A program made the translations under genes and the position numbers. Below are positions 54,137-64,000 of a stretch of 64,000 nt of DNA, piece by piece. The stretch is from Thecamonas trahens ATCC 50062 (taxonomy: Eukaryota; Protista; Apusomonadida). Each line of letters starts with the position of its first letter. Position 1 is the stretch's first letter. The DNA lies in NCBI RefSeq assembly GCF_000142905.1, contig NW_013657656.1, positions 344,991 through 408,990 of the forward strand, written 5' to 3'. Below the pieces are notes generated by a model that was not told where the DNA came from, searched no databases, and was given only the letters and a program-made list of their open reading frames with translations.

Positions 54137-56158
54137 GCTCTGGCGCTCGTGCGCAGCCCCAAGACAGATCAAACGCCATCGCATCGGCCTTTTTACCTGC
54201 TGCAGAAAGTGTTGCCGCGACTGCTACGAGTCGCTAACACTCGCGGCCGGAGTCACAGCCCTGAAAAAGCGGCATAACTACATGAAGGACGGTGTCGTGA
54301 GGAAAGGGGGGAGGGGAGGCCGTCGACGGTGATGATGGTGATTTCCCCGGGCCGCTGGCTCGGCGGTTGTTGCACGAAGCCCTTCATATCGTGTGTACGC
54401 GAGCTATCGATGGGCGTTCATGTACACGCGGATCACCGTGCCAATTGCCATGATGTGCTGGCAAAGATGGTCAGCACAGTAAATGCGAGGAAATCTCACG
54501 CCGTCAAGCCAGCGGAGCGACCGCTCGGCCGGCGACCGAGTGTGTGCTCAGAGTTGGCTTGGGCAGCTTTCGCCGTTCTGCAACCTTGCAAGGAGCGAGG
54601 ACGACTGATCACGTTTTTTTCACAGTCACCTGCAGCGAGCGTGTTGGTACTGGTAGCGGCCAACTTTTGGATCTGTACGACGACAACTTGCCATCGCCTA
54701 CCTTGCAGTTAACGAGACCTGGCAGCGTTGTGGATGATGGTAGTCTGGCATTCATAGGCTATGGCTACAGCATTGGGTATCGGGAATGATGGAGGGGGAC
54801 GCTGAGGCTGGGGGGGGGGGTCGGGAAGATGGGGAGGGGTACCGGCAGGGATGGGGAGTAGGGAACGGGAAGCTGCAGGCTGGGGCCTGGCCAAGTGTGG
54901 GCAATCGTCGAGTACCGGCTGGTGCTCACTGAAGCGTGATCGTTGAGAGTGTGACGACGACGCGATCAAGCCATGGAAGCACACGCCGTGTCGTGACGAT
55001 GCGGAGGATGTGAAGGGTGGTGGTAAGAGCGATGGGGTGGTAGGGAGAGGTGGAGAGATGGAGAGGTGGAGAGGTGGCGTTTGGTTGATGGGCGGGTGTC
55101 CGATCAGTGGTGGCGGCGAGCGGGAGCAGACAAAGATGATGGTTCTTCTTCGGGGCGCCGCGATTCGGCTTGAATGGAAGGATTGGCCCTGGACAGGCGA
55201 CATGCTCAACACACTGACTGCAGGCATACTTTGCAGCGCGGTTCCATACGCATGCGTATAAAAAGCGGGTTATCCACGTTTGGGACGGTGAAGGGGGCTA
55301 GATGGGGTTTGAGGTGCCACATCGAGGATGGAGTATGGGCGGTTCCCGCGTGCGGGCCGCCACGTGCACCTCGCTCACTCACCCGACCGACAGAACGGAG
55401 AGCGTCATGGCCGAGACAGCGAGGAGACGGGCAATCCAAAGGCCAAAGCAGAGCGGTGGGCGGAGTTCTGAGAGCTTGATCTCGTTCTCAACAGAGTCGC
55501 AGTCGTTGTAGTTCTCAAAGTCGAGGTGATACGTCGTCGACATGGTGATGATGATACTTGCTGTTTGACTTGAAGCGAATGGAAATTTAACGCGGTAAAG
55601 TGCGGTGTGGCGGTGCGAGTAGCTGGGTGCGAGTGGCTCTGCCAGACGGGCGAAAACGACACCATTCAAACGTTTCGAACCGGCCAGATATCATCATCAC
55701 GTCTTCCTCTCCCTCGCAAGGCAGTATCAAACACTGCACGAAGAACATGGTTGATAGAGGAAGTCAATCAAGGAGGACACTCACTCTATCTTCTTCCCCC
55801 AGGCCACCTTGAAGATCATCAGCATCAGCCAGGCAGATGGCCTGCCAGTTGGATCGGTTCGTGTGGCATGAGATTTGTTCATTGCAGGATATTCGCCCCC
55901 TCACAACCGCAGTCTCCTCCCCCTCTCTCCCCCCCTCCCTTTCCCATTCAACCGCAGCCTAGCAAGCGTGACTATAGTGACCACCTCTCGCCCACCAACC
56001 ACACCCCCCCCCCCCCCCCCCTCCTCCTCCCTCCCCTCCCCTCCCCTCCCCTCTCCCTCCTCCCTCCCACTCCTTCCCTACCCCCCCCCCCTACCCCCTC
56101 GCTCTCCCTCCGCCTCAACACCCTTCTCCCCTAACCCGCTTCGCTGACTCTGCCGGGT

Positions 56159-59100
56159 ATGACGGACCGTGTTCTGCTGGACCCGTCGACAGTGATGGAG
56201 GTGGAGACGGCAGCAGGGGATGTGTTCCCTGGCTCTTCGGCTACCTTTACCATGCTCATTGATGATCCGTCGCCTGCTGTGGAATGGTACCGGAATATGT
56301 TCATTGGTCGTGATCATGTTCATTATGTGGCAAGCGATGACGAGGCCCTCGGTGGTGTGGTCATCTTCTCGGTCATGATGACGGCGGTGCAGAAAATCGG
56401 TGTCCAGTATCGGATCATTGTCTGGTCGGTCAAGTCGATTGTACGCAAAGTCATCGAAGCGCCAGCGCCAATGTCGTTTCCCGACCTCCTCACTGCCGTC
56501 GACCCGCACCTTGGCGCCCATCGCAAGCTCTTTGCCAAGCTCGACCGCGCGCATGTGACCTCGCCCTCGGCGCAGAACACGCTGCTCAAGCTCGAGAATG
56601 ATGAGCCCAAGCTCCGGATCAAGATTGGCGTCCTGTTTGCCAAGCAGGGCCAGACCGAGGAGACCGCCATGTACCAGAACGAGCACGGCTCGCCGGCGTT
56701 TGAAGAGTTCCTGGATCTGTTGGGCGACCGGGTCCGCCTCAAGGGCTTCACTGGGTACTCTGCCCAGCTCGACACGTCACACGACGGCTCAGGCACCCAC
56801 TCGGTCCACCGCTCCAAGTTTGCCGGCTACGAGATCATGTTCCACGTCTCGACGCTGCTGCAGTACGACCCGACTGACGAGCAGCGGATCCAGCGAAAGC
56901 GGTTCATCGGCAACGACATTGTCATGATTGTGTTTATGGACGGCGACACGACGTACAACATCGAGTGCATGGCGTCACAGTACACCCGGGTTGTCTTTGT
57001 TGTCCAACCTATCGACCACCCGGAGCTCGGCCCGGCCTACGCTGTCGCCGCAGGTACCATGAAGGGCCTCCGCGCTTTTGGTCCGCCGGTCTACTCGGTC
57101 TACCCGCGCTCCGAGGCCTTTATCGAGACTCTCCTCGCCAAGTGCATCAACGGCGAAAAGGCGACCATGGCGTCGACCGAGTTTGTCATCCGTGACCGCC
57201 GAACCCGCAAGGGCTACCTCGACATCTTCCACGCCGACTACGCAAACCCCAAGGCGCTGCGCAAGAAGCAGCTGCGCAAGGACAACTCGCTCGAGCTCAT
57301 TCCGGTCTACACCCAGGACCTTGCGGCGTCGACGGCGTCTGCGGCTCAGGCCTTTACCCTCGAGCTCGCCATGGACGCCTTTCCGCACCCGATCTCGGCC
57401 GTCGAGACCCACGGCGACTCGCTGCTCTTTGGCACGCCCGAGGGTCTTTACATCTCGGCCATCGGCTCGCTCGAGTGTCACAAGGTGGTCAACATGCCGT
57501 CCATCTCGCAAATTGTCGTCTCACCGACCACCGACTCGCTCCTGGTCCGGACCAACAAGCTCATTGTGGCACTCTCGCTTTCAGCTGTCCTCGCCGGCGA
57601 CTCGCCGGGTGTCGCCGTGGTCCCGGCGCGCAACCCGTCGGCGGTCGACGTGGCCACCATTGGCGAGACCACGTTCATTGCCGCCGTCCAGTGCTCGGCT
57701 GCCGGCGCCTCGGCCACCGACGGCTCGTACTCGCTCGAGGTCTTCCATGCTGCTTCTGGTGACATCACTCTCGCAAAGTCGGTCCCGCTCCGCGGCGCGC
57801 CGACGGCCCTGGCCATCGTCCCGTCGCTCCGCGGCGCGCTCATCGGCCTCGACCTGGACTTTGTCTTTGTTCCTTTCACCAACTACTTCTCCATGCCGGT
57901 CTGCACCCTCGCTACCACCAAGCCGATGCGGACTCGCCTGCTGAAGCTCCCCGATGACGCCATTGCCGGCGCCGGCGCCGCCGACCGTGCCTCGCTCGAC
58001 TCGGCCGCTGTCGCCAGACTCCTCGCCGCCGACGCCCTCACTCCCTCGGCGGCCCACGGCGTCTTTCCGCTCGCAGACTCGGGCGAGACGCTCCTCTGCT
58101 ACGACACCTTTGGCGTTGTCCTCAAGTCCGATCTCCAGCTCGACCGCAACCGCATCTTTGAGTGGGTCTCGCCGCCTGTCCACTACTTTGTGGCATCCAA
58201 CGCCCTCCTCGTCGTCGTCTATCGCACCTTTTCCGAGGTCTACTCGCTCCGCAACGGCTCATGCATCGAGTCGCATCTCGTCACCTCGCCTGCAGAGTAC
58301 TTTTGCCGCGGAAACTCGCTCTACCTGCCGTCATGGGAGCCGCTCACGTCCACTTGCTCGCTCTACCGCCTCCTGCCCAAGCCCTCGCCGTTCCTCGCCG
58401 CCAGTGCAGGAAACGCGCCCCCACCCCTCGCGCGGGCGTACTCCCGCTTCCCGGCACAGCAGTCGAGACCTACGCCTCGGTCGGCGATTGCGACTCGCTG
58501 CCGGATGTTGACCAGCTGAAGAGACCGAGCGGCGCCAAGCCGACGACCGTGGCTGACAGGCTTAAGGCCCGCGCGCCACCTAAGCGGACTCGCTCGGCCT
58601 CGGTCTTTGACCGAGTCTCGATGTTCCAGACAAAGGCCGAGGCCGCAGCCTCGATGCAGGCCCAGCCCAAGAAGCCTACCGCCGCACCGCCTGTCGCTTC
58701 GCCGCCGCTCAACAAGTCGTCGTCATCGCCGTCGGACCTGGCCTCCAAGCTCGAGGCCGCGCGCGCCGCCGCCGCTGCCGACACCGCAGGCGGCTCTGCC
58801 GCCGCCCGGACCGTCCCACCGCTGGTGCCGTCGGCGTCGGCAGCCTCAGTCGTGCTGGCCAAGCCGTCGTCCAAGCCCACCACTACCCAGCCGTCTTCGC
58901 CGTCGTCGCCGTCGTCGCCGTCGGCCTCGTCGTTTGCCTCCAAGCTCGAGCGCTTCAACTCGGAGGCCGCGCCGGCCCGGGTCCAAAAGGCCGCGCCGCC
59001 CGGACGCATCTCCAATGCCTCGCGCCGCCGCGACTTCCGCTCGCGCCGCCAGCAACTGGCAGTGGCCAAGACCACACGGTCGGCCTCGTCGTCACACGCC

Positions 59101-59256
59101 CACACTGACGCAGCTGCTGCTGCCTCGTCCTCGGCCGCCTCTTCGCGCCAAGCAGAGCGCCAGTCCAAGCGCGCCACCATCAATGACGCCGACGCCTACG
59201 ACATTGACATCGAGTCGCTCACCTCCAAGTGGGAGAGTATGGGCATGATCTCGTGA
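56159..59256 (+). CDS. GARNL3: RapGAP + CNH-domain protein (GARNL3-like); apparent frameshift at about 58420
   Basis: KIGVLFAKQGQT, FEEFLDLLG, EIMFHVST, QRKRFIGNDIV, AKCINGEKA (RapGAP); beta-propeller-like CNH region; disordered tail continues in the -1 frame. Confidence 0.82.
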
Positions 59257-59489
59257 TAAACAAGTCCTCCCCTCAAAAGTTGACAAAGACTTGCACTGTT
59301 GTAAACTTTAGTCGTCGTTGCGGCGAGTGCGACTCGCCCGAGTTTCTGTGTGCCCTGCGACGAAAGTGTGCCGTAACGTCGCCGCATGGAACGTTTTCGT
59401 TCCTTACTGCGGAGCAATTCACAACGGACACGCGACATCATCACTTGACTCTGCTACTGCACCCGCCAAGGACCATAGTCAACACCATC

Positions 59490-60521
59490 ATGTCGACTCG
59501 TGCCATCCGTAGTCTCACTCTTGCTCGTGGGAGCATCCGTGTCCATCGAGTTGCAAAGCGCTCGATGTTGACGTTTGGCAACGTCTCCAACGGCAACAAC
59601 TTTGAGCGCAAGATGCGACTCTACGTCGCCAAGGACGACTTGAACCGGTCGGAGAGTATGCGGGCATGTGCCAAGTTGCACCGCGTCGACCACATCAAGG
59701 CCTATTATGGCCGCCTTCAGACCAAGATCTCGGTCCCGCTCTGGGAGTCGGCTTGGAGCCCCTCCCGCAACGGCCAGCTCCCTGGCATGGGTGAGACCGT
59801 TCTCATCGCTGGAGTTCCTTACAAGGTCATCGATGTTGTAGTGAGCCAGTCTCGTAAGAACTTTGTTGTCACCATGCGGCAGATGGCAGAGGACAGCGCG
59901 TTGGTCGATGGCCAGGACCAGACCCCAGCCCCGGTGTCGTCCCCGCCGGTGGTCGAGGTGCCGCAGCGCCCCCATCTTGTTGCCGATGACGACCACGCAT
60001 TGTTTGCCACCACGCCTGACGGAAGTCAGCATGCGCCAAGCTCGCAGCTGCGCCTACAGCCGTCTTCGCCGGTTGCGACTGTTGCGACCGGCGCAACGAC
60101 GAGCATCGCAAACGACTCGGCGGCGAGCGGCACGGCTGACGCGCCGATGAGCCGTCGATCGCCCCGCAAGCGGAAGCAGCGTGTGCTTGACAACGTCGCG
60201 CCGTCGGTGTGCAAGAAGCGCAAGACCAACCGAGGGCGGCGAGCAGCACCGGCATTTATCTGGCGTGCGGAGCAGGCCGATGTTCTCCGCGATGTCTACA
60301 ACTTGATTGCCGTTCGCGACCCAAACGTCGAGGAGGAGCGCGACATAGACGATGACGATGTCACTTACGCCGCCGAGCTTCTGGCGATCGCATGTGCCAA
60401 CGTCGGCTGCGAGGACAACGAGGAGGCGTTCAAGTTCTGGATGCGCCCGACCTCACGCAAGCGCATTCTCAACAAGCTCAAGCGGATCCGTAGCTCCCTG
60501 CAGTGGAAGCGCGCCAGCTAG
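59490..60521 (+). CDS. Hypothetical nuclear protein with C-terminal HTH/homeodomain-like region
   Basis: Open ORF, NLS-like RKRK/KKRK, then FIWRAEQADVLRDVY...TSRKRILNKLKRIR. Confidence 0.6.
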   Translation: MSTRAIRSLTLARGSIRVHRVAKRSMLTFGNVSNGNNFERKMRLYVAKDDLNRSESMRACAKLHRVDHIKAYYGRLQTKISVPLWESAWSPSRNGQLPGMGETVLIAGVPYKVIDVVVSQSRKNFVVTMRQMAEDSALVDGQDQTPAPVSSPPVVEVPQRPHLVADDDHALFATTPDGSQHAPSSQLRLQPSSPVATVATGATTSIANDSAASGTADAPMSRRSPRKRKQRVLDNVAPSVCKKRKTNRGRRAAPAFIWRAEQADVLRDVYNLIAVRDPNVEEERDIDDDDVTYAAELLAIACANVGCEDNEEAFKFWMRPTSRKRILNKLKRIRSSLQWKRAS

Positions 60522-60997
60522 GGTCTCGCGCCGATGTGGAGTACCCTCCAATCATGCTCAACTGCACCCGTACACACCGACATCTCATCTTTGAAACAAC
60601 ATAAATGCACCACCACCACAGTAAGCTAGCTTCTCGATGCGCGACTAGACGATCCCCCCCCCCCCCCCCCCCCCCCCTCCCCCCTTTTCCTGCATGCTCG
60701 TAGGATGATCGGTCCAGGCGTTGGGCGGGCGTTGGGCGGGCTTTTGGGCGAATGGGCAAAAAGGCGACTGGGCGACGCCTCGGGTAGAAACGAGGAAAAA
60801 AGGCGGGAAACGTGAGCGAAAAATGGCGCGAACGGTAGCGGGTGAATGGTAGAAGGTAGACAAGACGGGGGAAAGGCAAGGAAGGTGGGGGAGGGGGGGG
60901 GAAGCCGGGGAAGGGCACGGGCACGGGTACGGACAAGACCTCACTCTGGTTGAAGAGACCAAAAGGGAGGGAGAGAGAGAGTCATTACCCCTTTGGC

Positions 60998-62382
60998 ATG
61001 AGCAACAGCATGCGTGTTGTGTGTGGTAGTCGGTGCATCCCCCTCGGTGAGGCCAACCATGTCGTAGGTCATGTCGGAGGTCACCCTGTCCCTGTCTACC
61101 TCCATAGCGACTACCAAGCACTCTATGAACAAACTGCGGGTGACATGAACGAACTCGCAGCAGAACTGGTGGATGTGTCGGGTGATAAGGCCATGGACTT
61201 GGTCCTCCATACCGGCATTCACCATCCCCTGTACAAGGCCGTGGCCAAGAATGCTACCACCACAGCCGCCAAGACCACCAAGACGGCCAAGACGGCCGAG
61301 ACTGCCGCCACCACGGCTCGTACCACCACAAACACTTGTTTGTATGGCTCGGCTTCTGCCTCTGCCTCTGCTACAGGATCATTCAAGGTCGACTCGGCCA
61401 AGCGGACGTACCCCATCGGCGACTTTTCTTTGGTTGCTACTGGCTCCTCGACCTTGCTCCCGAGCCTGGCTACCTCACGGCTCGTATCTGTACTTCTCCC
61501 GCGCCTGGTCCCTCGCCGATGGTGGTGGAAAAATCCGCCGTGAGTATGGCGGGCAAGTCGATGGCCAAGGGTGGTCTCAGCTCAACCTCGACATCATCGG
61601 CCATGGCGAGCATCATGCCCGAGCTGCCGCCGACGGTGGCCAAGAAGACCGCACAGCTTGCTCTCTCTCCGCTGGATTGGCTTGCCTCTGCCAGCGTCCT
61701 GAACAAGGGCGCTGCCGACGACGGCATTGACGACGCGGGCTTTGTCCGCCGCTCCACCCGCAAGCGCAAGCTGGCGACCGACGACGACGGCGACGACGCC
61801 GGCCGGCCTGGTGATCGTGCCGGCAGCGACGACGACGACGAGACTGCCAGCGAGCCGCCGGCGGTCAAGAAGCACAAGGGTCTTGCAGCCGCTGCCGGTA
61901 GCAGCGACGCCGAGGCGCCGGTGACCAAGGCCAAGGCCAAGTCGAAGGCCAAGGCCAAGGCCACGTCGAAAGCCAAGTCCAAAGCCAAGTCCAAAGCCAA
62001 GTCGCCGTCCAAGACGTCGGCCAAGAAGGTCAAGCCGACCAAGACAAGCCGCAGCAAGGCGACCGGCAAGACCAAGGCGAGCGGCAAGACCAAGGCGAGC
62101 GGCAAGACCAAGGCGAGCGACAAGAAGGGCAAGGGCAAGGGCAAGAAGGGCAAGGGCAAGAAGGCGGCGTCGCGGTTCCGGTTCGAGCCCGAGCACGTCG
62201 AGCTGTTCAAAAAGTACTACTTCAAGTCGTTTAACCCACGGTACGCCGTGTCGGACGCCATTGTGGAGGCCATGGCCAAGTTTGTGTCGACCAAGATCGG
62301 CAACGACGAGCTGCCGTACACCAACAAGCAGATGCGCGGGTGGATCACCTCGTTCCGCCGCAAGCAGGAGATGGGCGCGTAG
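60998..62382 (+). CDS. Lys/Ala-rich protein with C-terminal atypical homeodomain; two ORFs joined by a 35-nt intron (61342-61376) or a -1 frameshift
   Basis: RFRFEPEHVELFKKYY..NPRY...TNKQMRGWITSFRRK; GTATGG...CTACAG would join the frames. Confidence 0.6.
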
Positions 62383-62395
62383 TCCCCTCCTTTGA

Positions 62396-63389
62396 CCCTA
62401 AACGGTACGGTCGTTCGGACGCGTTGTCGCGCGCGTCTCAAAGTGAACAACTCGATGATGCTTGACTTCCAGCTCACCAGCCGACGCCGTGTCACGCCTG
62501 CTTGGCCTGCGGCTTGAGGTGGGAGGCGCGCCCGCACGTGATGGCGGCCGACACGTAGACCCCTGCCTGAAAGATGCCCGAGTTGCCGTCGCGGTGACGG
62601 ACGCCTGGGAGCATGGGCGGCGCGCGAGGTGCCGTACCGACGACCGGGAAGGAGACCATCAGTGAGTTGAACACAGCGGCCGGACGGGAGAGCGCGAGGA
62701 CGTTGTGGATCTTCTTGCGACGGACGAGCTTGCCGGTCGGCGTGGCCGATGCCGACATGAGGAGCGAGGACATGAGGCGGAAGCGCGCGAGGAGTATCGG
62801 GTGCTCGACGTCCTCGCCGAGGCCGACGACCGCCTTGCTCGTGCCCCACTCGGTGAACTTGGTCGAGAGCTTGGGGTCGCCCTTGGCGATGAGCGAGGCG
62901 ACGATGTCGGCAATCGACACCCGTCGGTGGTCGTTGGGCTTGGGCTTGTAATCGCCGGCGATGACGACCAGGCAGTTGGCCAGCGAGAAGGGTGCGAGCT
63001 CGCGGGGGAGCTTCTTCTCGGCAAACTCGGGCGCCGTCGAGCCCTTCTGCTGCCCGTACTTGGCGCGCTTCGGCGACGGGCGCCGTGCGCACGCCTTATC
63101 GCCACGCGCCAACTGCGCGTTGACTCTGAGCATCGTGAGAACCTTGTCAAGGACGAGCATGTCGCGCGACGCGAACGCGCCGGCGAGCGCCGAGCTGATG
63201 TCGAGGACGTCCGAGAAGACGCCCGCGACCGAAAAGTCGACAAAGACGTTGGGGAGCGTACCGTCGACGACAAAGCCCGAGTCGGCGAGCGAGGAGACGT
63301 CGTCCAGCGTCGGCGCCGCGCACGGGAGCGTTCCGTCGGCGAGCGCGGCCTTGAGGTCGGCAAATATGTCCACTCTGGACCGTATAGGG
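62396..63389 (-). mobile_element. Non-autonomous piggyBac-like (TTAA/CCCT) element, 994 bp, filled by an ORF with no 5' ATG
   Basis: Left TTGA|CCCTAAACGGTAC, right GGACCGTATAGGG|TTAA (inverted, 11/13 match); second partial copy at 30234-30390. Confidence 0.72.
62492..63385 (-). CDS. Element-borne ORF of about 300 codons with no recognisable family
   Basis: Open frame runs through the right terminal repeat; first ATG only at 63160; no DDD transposase motifs seen. Confidence 0.45.
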   Translation of the reverse strand: MRSRVDIFADLKAALADGTLPCAAPTLDDVSSLADSGFVVDGTLPNVFVDFSVAGVFSDVLDISSALAGAFASRDMLVLDKVLTMLRVNAQLARGDKACARRPSPKRAKYGQQKGSTAPEFAEKKLPRELAPFSLANCLVVIAGDYKPKPNDHRRVSIADIVASLIAKGDPKLSTKFTEWGTSKAVVGLGEDVEHPILLARFRLMSSLLMSASATPTGKLVRRKKIHNVLALSRPAAVFNSLMVSFPVVGTAPRAPPMLPGVRHRDGNSGIFQAGVYVSAAITCGRASHLKPQAKQA

Positions 63390-63433
63390 TTAAACACCAG
63401 TTGTTTCGCTACTACTGCCCAGAGGCAGCGGCT

Positions 63434-64000
63434 TTAAGCCAGTGGGCGGGTGTACTCTGAGCGCGACTCGGGCCGTGGCCCGCGGTCTGTAAACGGCGTG
63501 GTCGTGGCTGGAGTGGAGCCTGTGCGCGAGGCGCGTGACGAGGCGCGCGAGGTGCGCGAAGTGGGGCGCGAGGTGGGACGTGACTTGTTGCGCGAAGAGG
63601 CGCGCGAGGCGCGCGATGAGGCACGCGACGACCGCGACGGCGCGTCGGGCACCACGTTGGGCCGCTTGAGTAGGCCCTCGGGCACGCGCTGGAAGCGGGC
63701 AGACTCAGGATTGAACTCGGGCGTCTCGATAAACTGAAGGAAGAGGTTGAGGAGACGCTTTCGGAGGCCGGCGAGCGAGGCCGGCGAGCGGCCGCGGTTG
63801 AGGAGGTCGGCCTCGCGGTCGATGAGCTCGACAATGTCGCGGGTGAGGTCGCAATCGAACTCCTTGACGGTCCACTTGACGTGGAGTAGCACATCGAGGC
63901 GTTCGTCAAGGGTGAGGTGTGTGAGGCCAAGGCCATGGTACAGGTCGCCGAGCTCCTTGGCGCGGATGGTGAACGGGGTGTGGACCGAGGCGACGGAGCC
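63434..64000 (-). CDS. IQUB: IQUB/FAP253 radial-spoke protein, 3' part (gene runs off the window)
   Basis: TPFTIRAKEL, DERLDVLLHVKWTVKEFDCDLTRDIVELIDREADLL.RG, LRKR..LFLQFIETPEFNPE. Confidence 0.92.
   Translation of the reverse strand, partial: GSVASVHTPFTIRAKELGDLYHGLGLTHLTLDERLDVLLHVKWTVKEFDCDLTRDIVELIDREADLLNRGRSPASLAGLRKRLLNLFLQFIETPEFNPESARFQRVPEGLLKRPNVVPDAPSRSSRASSRASRASSRNKSRPTSRPTSRTSRASSRASRTGSTPATTTPFTDRGPRPESRSEYTRPLA

Noticed and set aside
62492-63397. ORF as a transposase or as a further IQUB exon
   Set aside because: No DDD/DDE motifs recognised; IQUB stops at 63434 and the ORF lies inside inverted termini
1-64000. tRNA/rRNA genes and prokaryotic operon or defence systems
   Set aside because: None recognisable by eye; spliceosomal introns and gene content are eukaryotic. 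tRNAscan-SE and Infernal were not run.

Overview
GC-rich, compact eukaryotic nuclear DNA with about 30 genes, few short GT-AG introns, poly-G/poly-C tracts near gene starts and one 207-nt N gap. Ciliary genes (CCDC61, PPP1R42, IQUB) plus TRAF7-, GARNL3-, Tweety- and PHTF-like genes suggest a flagellated amorphean protist; an apusomonad such as Thecamonas is my inference only. All family calls come from motif recognition by eye, not database searches. Highlights: (1) a kinase-less protein with Hippo/MST-type SARAH helices and MST-linker-like GTM motifs; (2) a TTAA/CCCT-ended non-autonomous element with a degenerate sibling 32 kb away that shares its ends but carries different cargo; (3) unusual domain architectures: cNMP-RasGAP-SH3, FHA-ART-CaaX, 5xSH3-DH-PH-CaaX, a Piezo-blade-like protein lacking a pore, and a pseudo-apyrase; (4) a PHTF/7TM-ion-channel-like gene next to rearranged, partly inverted pseudogene pieces of itself; (5) two adjacent genes ending in atypical homeodomain/HTH-like domains. 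At least six genes are split by the same -1 single-base loss in short homopolymer runs, most likely assembly errors.
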